A DNA stretch of 63,733 bases, filler included, from Aduncisulcus paluster (GCA_024181965.1; 34 parts of 34 records of this genome joined end to end with filler, not necessarily neighbours in it); one strand, 5' to 3'; shown: positions 1-12,667, numbered from the whole stretch's first letter. Numbers and translations are program-made. Notes: generated by a model from the sequence alone, not told the origin.

Positions 1-368
1 CGATATTAGAATGTTTATTACTATCTTATTACCGAAGATCATATTTGAAAGTTTTTGTGTTTCTTTACAGACTATATTTTACCTTTCTTCGCGCATTCTT
101 TTATTCTCAAACTAGTAAATTTGCTCCACCATCATTATAAAGGTTATTAAACCAACATTGTTTTGATTCAAAAGTTTTGAAGAAACGCTGACCATTTCTA
201 AATCACTGAGAACATTTCTTGGCGTGTATTTTTTTATTCTCCTTCATGAATGCGATAGTGAAATAAAAGTTCAAAAATGAAGCGATATCAGTGATATCAC
301 CGCGATATCGTTGGTGTCAGAATACATGATAATCGTATACTCTTCGATAAACATTATGATCTCAGAGC

Positions 369-1367
369 TCATAAGCCGAATGATCCTCTTATGATCTCTT
401 CAGCAAACTCAGGTTTCATAGCTGGGAACATACCAGATATCGGCATCTTCATGTAGATGGCTGCAACTTCCTTCACAAACTCTTCATGACTCTTTGTCCA
501 TCCAAGGTTCTTGATGAGTTCACCCATCTCAACAGCAACTCCCCATCTCTTGAGCATACCACGCCATTCTTTCACACCTTCTTCAACAGTATCCACACCA
601 AGACAGTCTTCAGGAAGCGGGCAAGGATCAGCTTGGCACCCTTTGTTGGGGCGTGTTTCTCAACAAACCTGATCCATGATGGAACAAGCACAGCCAAACC
701 AGCTGCATGTGTCATCTTATGGATAGCTGCACTACAAGCATGCTCAATCATATGCACAGTCCAGTCTCCACCGGCTCCACATTGAGGAATTCCATTCAAG
801 GCAGCGGAACAGAGCCAGCACAAATCAGCACGAGCGTGATAATCGAAAACACTAGAAGTGTCTCCAAGGATTTTGTCAGCAGTCTCAACAAGTCCATGGA
901 ATATTCCCTCCATGATGGATGCAGGAGCAACAGCTACCTTGGATGTCTTGTCGTCAATATCAGTGTAAGCACCGAAGTAAGTGTCAATTGTGTGAACAAG
1001 AGCATCGATGGCACCGTGGGCAACATGATGACGGGGAACAGTCTTTTGGAACTCAGGATCAACAAGAGAAGCAACAGGGAAACCAAGGGGTGGCAGGGGA
1101 CGTCCGAATTTTAAATCCTTAGCAATGTTTGAAATGACGAAACTAGGATCCTGTTCACTGGCGGATGCAGACAAAGTGAGGACTGTATAGAGGGGTGCGA
1201 TGGATGTGGGATGGTATTTAAACTCCATGATTTCCCAAGGATCATGGTCAGCGGGCATAACAACAGAACAAGCAAGCAACTTACTGCTATCAATAACACT
1301 TCCTCCACCGACAGCCAAAATAGAATCACAACCCTCGGAAATATACTTTGCACGACAAGTTCTAACA
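369..1367 (-). CDS. Iron-containing alcohol dehydrogenase, butanol dehydrogenase (BdhA/YqhD-like) family; 5'-partial, one frameshift near 600
   Basis: GGGSVID, DALVH and GDWTVHMIEH..SA...THAAGLA motifs; frame open to contig edge (VRTCRAKYISEGCDSILAVGGG); adding one T at ~600 joins ORF 572..1318 to ORF 369..596 (KTVFGVDTVEEG). Confidence 0.9.
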
Positions 1368-1467
1368 NNNNNNNNNNNNNNNNNNNNNNNNNNNNNNNNN
1401 NNNNNNNNNNNTTAATTAATTAANNNNNNNNNNNNNNNNNNNNNNNNNNNNNNNNNNNNNNNNNNNN
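1368..1467. other. Artificial contig linker (44N-TTAATTAATTAA-44N); first of 33 such linkers, last at 62523..62622
   Basis: Identical 100-bp structure repeated throughout; TTAATTAATTAA gives stops in all six frames; ORFs break at each one. Confidence 0.99.
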
Positions 1468-4278
1468 ATTTGAATAGTAATTTATCTCTTGAATCCATTC
1501 CTGATCTCCATGCATTAACTGTTCTCCAATACCTCGATATCAGTTATACATCCATCTCTCTTCCAGTTTCTTCTTCTGTTTCATCAACGGGTTCAGATTA
1601 TTTGCTTCCTCCGAGTATTGTCGAACTCTATGCCTCTTCTTCTCCAATGACTATTGATGAATTTGAGTATAATATCGCCTCATACATGTCTCTTCTTGAA
1701 ATTCTGATGCTTGATGATACTTTTGTTACTGATATCACATCCCTCTCTTCCATTCAGACAAGCAACATCACACACCTCTCACTTGCTGGAAACGGCTCTT
1801 TGGATGGTGCGATGACTATTCTTCCCTTGATGAGTGCACTCGTGGAACTTGATGTGAGTGATTGTGATCTCTCAGAACTCCCAGATCTAAGTGCCAGTGC
1901 CAGTTCTCTCGTTTCTTTCTTTGCTGCTTCCAACTCATCCATCAAACATCTTGGAACCATCCTCTCTCCACTCACATCCTTGGTCACGATTGGACTTAGC
2001 AACTGCTCCCTGACTGATATCTCACCCCTTTACAGTCTTCCGATGTTGATGTCGGTTGACGTCTCACAGAATCGCATGTGTCTTGTCAATAGTAACAATG
2101 TTGCTGAAGTCCGATCCAAGTTCGTGAATGGATCTGTAGGAGCGTTTGAACTATTCATTTCCGAGCAATCGTGTTATTGTGAAGAATATTCATTTGAAAA
2201 TAATATGGTTTGTTCTGAATCTGCTCCAGGATCTGATCGTTGGTATGTTGTGTGTGCAAGTGATTCATACATCACCTATTCAGATGCTTCCACATTCACT
2301 TGTACTCAACCGACTGATCCAGACATCAATTGTGCTGGAGGCTGTGAATATGGCCAAGAATGTAAAAATGTCGATGACGACGCTTCTCAAGGATATTGTG
2401 CTGATATTATCACTGACTCTGTGTTGCGAGAATGCTTGTATGAATACCTTGATCCCGTGGATACGGTGCAAGATCTGCATGTATTCAGTGTCGTGTCGTT
2501 AAAATATCTCCCTCTTGAGATTGATTGTAGTTCTCGTGCTATAGTTACTCTTGATGGTTTTGAGCATGCAGCTAATGCTTCCACATTCACTTGTACTCAA
2601 CCGACTGATCCAGACATCAATTGTGCTGGAGGCTGTGAATATGGCCAAGAATGTAAAAATGTCGATGACGACGCTTCTCAAGGATATTGTGCTGATATTA
2701 TCACTGACTCTGTGTTGCGAGAATGCTTGTATGAATACCTTGATCCCGTGGATACGGTGCAAGATCTGCATGTATTCAGTGTCGTGTCGTTAAAATATCT
2801 CCCTCTTGAGATTGATTGTAGTTCTCGTGCTATAGTTACTCTTGATGGTTTTGAGCATGCAGCTAATGTGTCCACATTCAACCTCAGTGGATGCACCTCT
2901 CTCACCGATATCATTGCATTGTCTCCTCTGATCTACCTCCAAGAGCTCTATTTGTCCGGTTGTTCTTCGATCTCAGAATGGCCATTCTCTTCGCTTAACC
3001 TGTCATATGCCTTTGAAACATTGGATATCAGTGATTGTAACATTGATGATGAAATTATCGCATCCACGGTTCCTTTCTTGCCCGAATTGACTTCTTTGTT
3101 CCTCCGTGATAACTCTAGTTTCTCTGATATGAGTTGTCTGTACGATCTCAAGGATCACCTCGTTAGTCTTGATGTTGCGAATACTGGTATTTCAAGTATT
3201 TCTGCACTGTACGCCAATCCACAATGTTCTGACACTTGTTCATCCCTTGTGGAATCCATGTCCATTGCATCTGTCATCAGTGTGGTTGAAGATTGTGTGC
3301 TTTGCTCTGAAGAGGCCTTGAATGAAAATGGCGTTCTTTCAGAGCTTGATATTACATCTGCTCCTCTTGATGATTATGAGGAATTGCGTCATTTCCCTAT
3401 GTTATCCAAGTTGAGTGCCGATTCCTGTAATGTGACAAACTTTGATCTTCTCCATATAACACCATTGGATCAATTATCATACTTGTCCCTTAATTCAAAT
3501 TCCATTTCCGATCCATCGCCCTTGTATATTCTTTCGCCGTCGTTGATGACGTTGTATCTCGATGAAAATATGATATGTGGTACGGATGCATCCGAAGGTA
3601 TCAAAGGAAAGTTGGAGATGGGGACTTGTGAAGTGTCCTGTGCGAATCAGCTGTGCAGATGTGGCACTGTGTTCAACTCTTCGAATGCTGTTGAAGACAA
3701 CAAGGTATGCATGGAGACAAAGACCGGATCCAACTCATGGTATATCGTTTGTGCTGCTGATAGTTTCTTCCAATATTCTTCTGGAGCCGAGTTTGATTGT
3801 ATTGAGACTCCATCCACGAATGCTTCCTCCACTACTGAGAACGTGCAAACATGTGTTGGTGGATGTGAATATGGCCAAGAATGTCGAGTACAAGACATAT
3901 CAACGAATTCTGGTGTATGTCTCCCTGTAATCGTGGATGATTCTTTGCGTCAGTGGATTGTTGATAACTTTTTCGATTCAGATAGTATCCACATCGATTC
4001 GTCTGTGAATCCACCTTTACTTAGTGTGGCGTCGCTGAAGAGTGTGATTGACGAGGAAGTGATTGAATTTGATTATGTGGAAGGCGAATCCGAAGGTGAT
4101 TCTGTGACGACTCTTGAAGGTGTTGAGCATCTTGGTTTCATCATTCGGTCGATATCTCTGGTTGGACATGGAATAAGCTCTGTTTCTCCCCTTGGCTCCA
4201 TGACTCTCCTGAACAAGCTTGATTTGAGTGACAATGCCGTGAGTGACATTTCATGGATTTCTCAGTTATGTTTGTTAC
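1468..4278 (+). CDS. Modular LRR / Cys-rich surface protein, partial at both ends
   Basis: LxxLxLxxN repeats alternating with VCxExxxGSxxWYxVCAxDS and CxGGCEYGQEC modules and D..LR....EG.EH caps. Confidence 0.9.
2284..2865. repeat. Exact in-frame tandem duplication, 2 x 291 bp (97 aa)
   Basis: 2284..2574 repeated at 2575..2865; protein block ASTFTCTQPTDPD...DGFEHAAN occurs twice. Confidence 0.95.
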
Positions 4279-4378
4279 NNNNNNNNNNNNNNNNNNNNNN
4301 NNNNNNNNNNNNNNNNNNNNNNTTAATTAATTAANNNNNNNNNNNNNNNNNNNNNNNNNNNNNNNNNNNNNNNNNNNN

Positions 4379-5654
4379 ATGTCAACAATAGAATTCGAAC
4401 TCATATTGAGGGTTGTCAACTCATATAAGGTCAAAATCGGAGAAATGTCAACAATACTATTAGAACTTAGATTGAGGGTAATCAATTGAGCCAGATTTGA
4501 GAGTGGAGAAATGTCAACTATAGAATTTGAACTAAGATTTAGGGTAATCAACTCAGGGAGTGTTGAAAGTGTAGAGATGTCAACGATACTATTCGAGTTG
4601 AGGTCAACAGTCGACAGAGTACCAACATGCTCCAGACCAACAAGAGAGGAGACACTGCTCGATGAACACGTCAGAGACGAGGATGCAGGGATGCTCTTCA
4701 AGGAGGAAACTCCAAACGCATACGTCCCATCGCCAACAGAAACCTTGTCAGCAGCATCGATCAGGCCGGACACACAGCCATGCAAGCCCACATCAGGCAC
4801 AACACTAGCACACCCATGAGTGCCATCGGAGTTCACACGGCATTCGGAGTCATACTCACACCCACCAGAACAGTCGGCAGAACGTGTGCATGTGAATGTG
4901 TCCGAATCAAAGTACGTGTAATATGAGTCCCTCATGCAGGTCACATTCCAGGTGTCGGAGGAAGGAGCAGTCTCAGAGCACACGAAACCCTCAGAGATGG
5001 CTGCAATCGTGCTGTCAGAGTCAGGGTCTAGAGAAGGGCAGTTGCAGGTTTGGGTATTTAGATAAATAGAAATGTTATCGGACTCAAACAATTGAATCAA
5101 ATCATCTTCATCTTCATTTCCAAAGCAAATGTAGTTTCTATAAAGATCAATATCAAGTTCAATTGTCTCAAGTAAGTTTGAGATTTCAAAAATTGGAGAA
5201 ACATCACTGATCTTGTTATACCCAAGATCAAAATTGGCAAGATGGGTTGGATGGAATGAAGATAAGGGAGTCAAATCACTAATATTGTTTCCAGAGAGAT
5301 CAATTGTAAATGCTTTGGTTATATGAGTAATAGGTGTGATGTCTTCAATCATATTATCCTCTAAATCAAGATACAAAAGAGTATTGGATAAGTTAATAAT
5401 CGGAGAGATATCTTCAATTTCATTATTATAAATATAAAGATACAAAAGTTGATCCATGGAATTGAGGAATGAAATATCTGAAAGATAATTGTTAGATGCA
5501 TCCAAATATTTCAAGGAATTTTGTCCCAAACCGTCGAATATCGCAATTTCATTATCTGAAATAAATAGATAGACAAGAGAGGTGAGTGTTGATAAAGGAG
5601 ATGCGTCAACAATATTGTTATCGTTCAAAAACAAGAAGTTGAGTGAAACTAAAG
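4379..5654 (-). CDS. Internalin-like LRR / Cys-rich protein, partial
   Basis: 22-aa repeats LxxLxLxxNxIxDIxPL; Cys module CSETAPSSDTWNVTCMRDSY...CSGGCEYDSEC. Confidence 0.9.
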
Positions 5655-5754
5655 NNNNNNNNNNNNNNNNNNNNNNNNNNNNNNNNNNNNNNNNNNNNTT
5701 AATTAATTAANNNNNNNNNNNNNNNNNNNNNNNNNNNNNNNNNNNNNNNNNNNN

Positions 5755-6460
5755 CATCCAAATTGTTCTTGAAGGTGCATCGGTTCCAGTATCGCAGTCG
5801 TATCAGGGACCTGATTTGATATTGTACATAGAGTTTTGTTGACAGCATCATGCATGCTCGTTCTTCCTTTTGAGCACTTCTTGCAGAGATAAATGTGATC
5901 CGCGTGCGTTACTTTATCTCTACAGAGATCACAAGTTTGACCCACTGTGATCTCTGTCTCACAGCCCACCCTGTGCCGTATCGCAAGGACCATTTGCGTA
6001 TCGGATAGTTGAGTGCATTTCGATAGGGGTGCAGCAAGTAAGGCAGATATGATGTTATCAGGCCGTGAAGCATGCTCCAGCGCCATCCTCTTGGCATCCG
6101 TTGCTTTAACTGCTTCATCGGGGAGGTTTGGTCGATTTCTACAATCCCGTAGAGTGTCCTCTACTTCTTTTCTCATCGTCGTTTCATGTTGTTTTATCAT
6201 TTGTGTGATGGCAGTAATGATCTCTCTCGTCGTTTTCGTTTCTACATCAGGGATTTTCTTCAATATGTCGCGGTATTCGTCAAATTTCATCTTATGTCCA
6301 GTGTCTTCAATTGATAGTAGGAATTGGGGCATATTGGGGAATGCTTTCATGGGGTCCAGCAGGCACCGGCGTAGACCTCTCATTCGTGCTATCCGCCTAT
6401 CAACCATTTCAAGGGGAAGGCCGAGACAAGAGGATATTTGTTTGTATGGCATTCGATTTG
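5755..6460 (-). mobile_element. CRE/SLACS-like RLE non-LTR retrotransposon fragment (post-RT region and CCHC finger), apparently 5'-truncated
   Basis: LSDTQMVLAIRHRVG...CDLC......H...C......RTSMHDAV.....EP matches the RLG-CCHC-RH(D/N)-EP layout that precedes restriction-like endonucleases. Confidence 0.75.
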
Positions 6461-7066
6461 TGATTGACAAGAAACAAGAGAAAGAGCAAGAAGCAAAGAA
6501 AGAAAAAGAACGCAGACGCGCCGAAATGAAAGACTTCATGAGTGATTTTATCTCTTCCACTCATCAGAGACTTGAAGAGCTTGAAAAACAGAGATTACAT
6601 GATAGAAAAGAGTTTGAAAGGATTAGGGCTCAAGATAGAAAAGAGTTTGAGAAAGAACTTCAATCCAAACAATCTCAGATCGTTTCCCTGCTGTCGACTC
6701 TTTCACAAGTGCAACAAAAGTCTGAATCTGACCGTTTGCGTCTTTCTCGAGAGCTTTCGTCTGTGCAATGAGAACTGTCCTGCGTGTCTGCCCGTGTGTC
6801 TGGCGGCACTGCCGAAGTGAGTGGCCGTGTGCAGAGCATGTATGAGCACACTGTTTCCCACCGTGCAGGCGTTCTGTCTGTTGTTGGAGAGCATGTTGAT
6901 GTGAGTTGTGATGTGTCGACGATGAGTTCCACGCTGATGACGTCTGTGCCAAGCTCTTTGTGGCGCTGTGGCCTGTCTTGTGATGCCATGATGTTTGGGT
7001 TGGTGAGTGTGTTGCGCTTCTTGCAGGATGGTTGTGTTTCATGTGATCGTGATCGTGAACATGGAT
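6460..7066 (+). pseudogene. Coiled-coil + 'RELSCVSARVxGG' family gene with in-frame TGA at 6769, abutting the retroelement
   Basis: ORFs 6013..6771 and 6784..7122 are the same frame separated by TGA; SVQ*ELSCVSARVSGG aligns with SLQRELSCVSARVDGG of the 41492 ORF. Confidence 0.7.
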
Positions 7067-7166
7067 NNNNNNNNNNNNNNNNNNNNNNNNNNNNNNNNNN
7101 NNNNNNNNNNTTAATTAATTAANNNNNNNNNNNNNNNNNNNNNNNNNNNNNNNNNNNNNNNNNNNN

Positions 7167-8547
7167 CTCTCAGGGCTTGAATATGCCGAACACCTTAGGA
7201 TCCTTTCGTTTGAATCCGGGAACACTCTCATCTCTGATCTATCTCCCATTGCTTCCTTATCCTCGTTGTATGTGCTTGAGCTTGATTCACTTGAAAACAT
7301 GGATGTATCACTTCTGAGCACATTGACGGATGCTGTCGGTGCTCTGAAGATGGATCTTGAGTCTGACACTTCACGCTGGAATGGAATCTCTGAATCGTAC
7401 TGTGTTGGTCTGTGCTCGTTGCGTTCCTTGGAGATCAGTGGGAGTGATGATTCCATTGGTTCCGATCTGTCATCATTCACTTCTTTGCTGAACAACATTG
7501 CCATGTGCAGTGGTCAGTGTGTCAGCAGTGATGATGATGGAACGAAAGTATATCCATTGTCATCCACTCTGACCCATCTTGATCTGTCCTCCAATGATAT
7601 CTCTGACCCTTCCATCGTTTCACTCCAGCCTGGTCTCTCCGGTGTGACTCATCTGACTCTGAGTGACAACTCCATCTCTGACCTTGTTCTGTTGCAACAA
7701 GTCGTTGATGGTCTTGAAAAGGTCGCATATGTTGATGTGAGTGACAATAGACTTGATTGTGGGTCAATTGTCTCTGAGTGTTTGAATTCACTCGCTGATC
7801 TCTGTGAACGTGATGTGTCTGGATCGGATGATGGAAATGGTGGAATTCAAGTTGTATTCGGAGATGTGGTAGATGGCTCTGATCCATTATTAGGGTCTGT
7901 TTCACAGAATGCAACTTCTCCATGTGGATCTAACCCCATTTCTACTTCCTCTGTATTCTGTTCTTATTCACAAGATCATCTTGTGTGTCAGGTCAATGAT
8001 TCTGCAGATGATGATGGAAGTGAATATGTATGTGTCTGTGGGTCAGGATACTATGAAGACACTTCATCTGGAGAATGTGTTTCAGCTGCTACTGTTGTTT
8101 CTTCTTCTTCTTCTTCTTCTTCTGCATGCTCCAATTGTGGTGGTGAGCGTGGTACATGTGTGCATGATGCTGACTCTGACTCTGACTCTGACTCTGGTGA
8201 TGAATCATTGCCATTCTGTGAGTGTTCTGATGGATGGTATGGGACTGAATGCTCGTCCATTTGTCCTGTTTCTGACGATCTTGGTTTGTGCAGTGGATCA
8301 TCTCGTGGAACATGTGATGCTGCCACCCATACATGTGTGTGTGAGTCTGGGTATTATGGATCTTCATGCAACCTCTATTGTGATAGTTTGTCAAGATGTG
8401 GTCTGCACGGTCGATGTTCTGTTGATCTCTCTTCCTCCTCTTCTTCTGAGGCATTGTATTGTGAGTGTGATGCTGGATGGAATGGATCAACATGTTTCAC
8501 TCAATATCCTGTTGAGACTGTTGAGTATGTGAATGATGATGATGAAA
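7167..8547 (+). CDS. LRR + EGF-like (tenascin-type) Cys-rich surface protein, partial
   Basis: LTHLDLSSNDISD LRRs followed by CxCxxGWYGxxC EGF repeats and poly-Ser linkers. Confidence 0.9.
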
Positions 8548-8647
8548 NNNNNNNNNNNNNNNNNNNNNNNNNNNNNNNNNNNNNNNNNNNNTTAATTAAT
8601 TAANNNNNNNNNNNNNNNNNNNNNNNNNNNNNNNNNNNNNNNNNNNN

Positions 8648-9791
8648 ATGGTGACAACAGTATCAAGAGTCTCTCCACTCATCATTTTGACGAATGAACG
8701 CAAAGAGGAGGCATCAGTACTTGAGACATTAGCACTTGTGTTGACAACAACATCTCCAATAAGACGTGCGTTGGAATAGCACATCACTTCACCATCAACA
8801 AGGACACGATTGGGTGCACTAGAGTTACACTTGAAGAAGGATTGAGAGATGTTGGCAGTTACAGAAGCATCGTTACTCATGACATCATATCTAGAACCAT
8901 CATAAGTGTATTGTAACGCACAGGAATAGGACGGGATGACCTCGTTATCGCCTGTGTTAGACAAGGGGAACGTAAACAAGAGAGACTTGGTGCTAGAAAT
9001 ACCGACATCCTGGATTGATTGGTAGATCACATCATCACAATTCAATTCAAACGTGACGATTCCGAGGGGTTTCGCAGCATACTCAATGTCAATGGAGAAA
9101 TCAACGGTGGTTGTATCGTAGTTACGGGCAACGAGGGCATTGGAACCTTCAATGGCAAATGGATTGGAATTGAAACGAATCTTCGAGATACTATTGCTTG
9201 TGAGCAAGACATTGCTATCAGCGTCAGACAAAACAATCGTCTCAGAAAAACTGCTGTAAACAGATTGGACAGTCAAATCACTAACTCTCCCAACGTATAA
9301 TCCTGAATCACTATCATAGGCAACGACAACAGATTTCGAGTCCTCATCGCCGACAAACGCACCCCAAATATCAACAACGGTTGAGAGACTGAACGATGGA
9401 TCAGGCGCAGCAAGGTTCTCGTTAGCAAGGGTAATGACAACAGTGACAACATCCCCTGGATCCAATGAGCTCTTAGCAACATCATCAACTTGGAATTCGA
9501 CGTTAAACACAGCAGAGGAAGAGGTCATTGAAGAACTCGTGATAATGGAAACAGTGTAGAGATCAGAGGAAGAAATAGTGGAATAAGTGGTAGGAGTACA
9601 CAATTCACGCAGTGTACAGTCAGTACAGACTGTGGCTCCAATTCCACCTTTAGTTGCATTTTCACACATCTCACACACGCCATTATTCGAATAACTCTTG
9701 GCGGATTGGGTGCAATCAGTGTATGTCAATGACACAGTATCGAATGTCACCTTGGCCTCGAACAAACGGTTAGATGTGAATTCTTCAATGG
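8648..9791 (-). CDS. Ser/Thr-rich beta-rich extracellular-type protein with Cys-rich segments, partial
   Basis: 389+ aa open frame; CTQSAKSYSNNGVCEMCENATKGGIGATVCTDC resembles a GCC2/GCC3-like Cys module. Confidence 0.7.
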
Positions 9792-9891
9792 NNNNNNNNN
9801 NNNNNNNNNNNNNNNNNNNNNNNNNNNNNNNNNNNTTAATTAATTAANNNNNNNNNNNNNNNNNNNNNNNNNNNNNNNNNNNNNNNNNNNN

Positions 9892-11186
9892 GTTCAGATC
9901 TTAGCGAAGGCAGTGGCATATTCGAATGCTTTTGGTTCCATTAATTCCGGTCTTACATCTTTGTATGCAAGTGGATGTGGTTTGAGTGAAGTCAGTGATG
10001 TTCTTGATCTGACTCCCATTGCTGATGGAGATCCAACCACCAAACCTTTCAAGCTAACATCACTTAATCTTTCAGCCAACTCCATCTCTGACGTTTCTGT
10101 GTTTATTACTTCCGGTTTATTCCCCATTGGTACTTTCAGTGGCCTTGATATTAGCTCTAATAATATCTGTGATATTGCTAATGTTGCTTCCACATTTGCT
10201 TCCCATTTCAACAATGGTACCAGTATATCTCTCATATATCACTCTCAAGGTACTTGCCCATGCAATGAATCGTATTGTTCCTTCTTGGATTATCGGACTT
10301 GTCGGAAACGAGCAAACACATCGCACCAGATTGAGTGTTGGGATGGATACTATTGGAACAAGAATCTCAACAAATGTATGAAGGCATGTCCATTGGGTGA
10401 ATCTTTGAGTTGTGATGGGACTTGTGTCTCCAATCCAAATATCATAGCCTTCGACAATTCCATTCGAGCAGGTGTTTGTGAGCTCAAGGGTGATGTTCAA
10501 TCCATCCTTAACTCGGACGGTTCTGTGATCTGTGGCACAGTTTGTTCCGAAGGATTCTATGGTTCCTTGTGTGATCAGGACTGTCCCGTCTCATTTGGGT
10601 CTCAACTGGTGTGTAATGGATCTGCATTCGGGACATGTGATTCTGGAAGCCATATATGCACTTGTACATCATCAAATCTTTCGAGTGTGGATGGAGGTGC
10701 ATGTGAATATGTCATCTTTTCCGACGATTACCTTTCTAATGCCGTGAAGACTGCTCTTGGATATCCATTGGACAACTGCTTTAATATCTCAACTTCTGAG
10801 ATGGAGACGATCTCTTCACTTTCCGTGTCAAATAATGTGACCTCTTTTTCTGGTCTTGAATATGCATCCAACTTGTCGTCTCTCTCCGTGATTGGAGGGT
10901 GTGACAATTGCACAGCTTGTTCCTGTTCTACTTTTACTCAATCGCTAATTAATGAAATTGCTGCTGCAGTTCCATCGCTTTCCGAGCTTATCTTTGATGA
11001 AGTAACCATTGTGTCTAAGATTGATTTATCTGGGTTTTCATCCCTGACTTCTCTATCCATCATTAATGGGACTGTCTTTGACTTGGTTTCGGCCAAAACA
11101 TTCCCTTCTTCACTGACATCCCTTGATTTGAGCAACAATAACATCTCTGATCCTTCCCCATTGTATGCATTATCCAGTAGCTCTTT
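9892..11186 (+). CDS. LRR + EGF-like Cys-rich surface protein, partial
   Basis: LTSLNLSANSISD LRRs; CSEGFYGSLC EGF; internalin-like cap VIFSDDYLSNAV...FSGLEYASNL. Confidence 0.9.
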
Positions 11187-11286
11187 NNNNNNNNNNNNNN
11201 NNNNNNNNNNNNNNNNNNNNNNNNNNNNNNTTAATTAATTAANNNNNNNNNNNNNNNNNNNNNNNNNNNNNNNNNNNNNNNNNNNN

Positions 11287-12567
11287 GCTCAAAACGGCTC
11301 CGTCTTATTTCCAAAGAGTAATGTCTTCAACTTTTCATGATTTGTTGTACTCTGCTTGTTTTATTTATATAGATGACATAATAGTCTTTGGTAAGGATGA
11401 AGACCAATTCATTGACAACCTAAAAAAGGTTTTAAATCGTATGTAATGAGGTAAACCTTACTCTAAATCGAAAGAAGTGTCACATAGGTTGTAAACAAGT
11501 TGAATACCTGGGTTTTCTTGTGGATGGAGAAGGTAAAAGAGTAGCAGATGAACGTTTAGCTGCTTTAAGATACATGCCAACTCCGAAAGATAAGAAAGGT
11601 GTCCGGAGACTTCTTGGAATGCTTAATTACTTGCGTGATTTCATTCAGGACTATGTTCAGCTAACAGCTCCATTTTCTGACTTATTAAAGAGTCCTACGA
11701 ACAGTATTACATGGACAGAAAGCGAAGATCATGCTTGGTCGAAGATTGTGGAGCAGATTGAAAAGAAGATCGTTTTGTATCATTTCAATCCGGATTTACC
11801 CCTGATTCTGAGAACGGACACAAGCACACATGGAATTGGTGGTCTTCTACTCATGATCAAAGACGGGAAAGAGTATCCAATTATGTTCTTCTCGAAAAAA
11901 TTCAATGAAACGGAGAAGAGGTGGTGCACGCTCGAACAAGAAGCTTATGCCTTGTTTTGGTGTATGAAGAAAGGAAAAAAATTCCTGTGGGGGCGTAAGT
12001 TTCGAGCGGAAACAGATCACAGGAACCTGACCTTCCTGTTGCGATCTGAATCACCGAAAATACAACGCTGGAGGATGGCTGTTGCTGAATTTGACTTCTC
12101 AATTCACCATATTAAGGGAAAATACAATTATGTGGCTGACACCCTTTCCAGAAGCTCAGAGATGAAGAAGCAAGCCAAGAGCGTTAAAATCAGAGATTCA
12201 ACAGCGAATAGTTGGATGGAAAAGATCAAAACTGAGCAGAAGACGTTGTCTGTGAAGGAATTGCAGCAATTAACATTGCGAGACGACATTTTCTTGGACA
12301 TGGACGGGAATATCATCCTGCCTGCTGGAATTTCTGACTTCAAGAAGGAAATTATTGATTTTATTCACAAACATCCACTTCATGGTCACTATGGACCGGA
12401 ATATGTCACTCAAAGAATCCAAGAAATGGGTATCAGGTGGAAGTCAATGAGACTGGATATTACCAAGCAGATTGAGGCTTGTTTGGCTTGTCAGAAGACG
12501 AAGAGACTGCCAGCACCTGGCATTCAGGGTCATTTGTGCAAGGAAAGACCTTTCACGGAGTTGTCGG
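11287..12567 (+). mobile_element. Ty3/Gypsy pol fragment: RT C-terminus, RNase H and integrase HHCC finger; frameshift near 11441
   Basis: LKTAPSYFQR and YIDD upstream of the listed ORF; TDTS...EQEAYA...TDHRNL...ADTLSR RNase H; H...GHYG...CLACQ zinc finger. Confidence 0.95.
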
Positions 12568-12667
12568 NNNNNNNNNNNNNNNNNNNNNNNNNNNNNNNNN
12601 NNNNNNNNNNNTTAATTAATTAANNNNNNNNNNNNNNNNNNNNNNNNNNNNNNNNNNNNNNNNNNNN

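Noticed and set aside
283-310. Three clustered GATATC palindromes downstream of ADH
   Set aside because: Short, single occurrence, no supporting context
595-605. Programmed frameshifting at ADH (~600), pol (~11441), TTLL (~45488) and ~51975
   Set aside because: Single-base indels, at least two in short T runs, with no slippery heptamer or stimulatory structure; poly-A length also differs between SOD copies, so sequencing error or decay is more likely
6769-6771. In-frame TGA as selenocysteine or an alternative genetic code
   Set aside because: The paralog has Arg at this site; long ORFs elsewhere read in the standard code with TAA, TAG and TGA as stops and no internal TAA/TAG-Gln pattern
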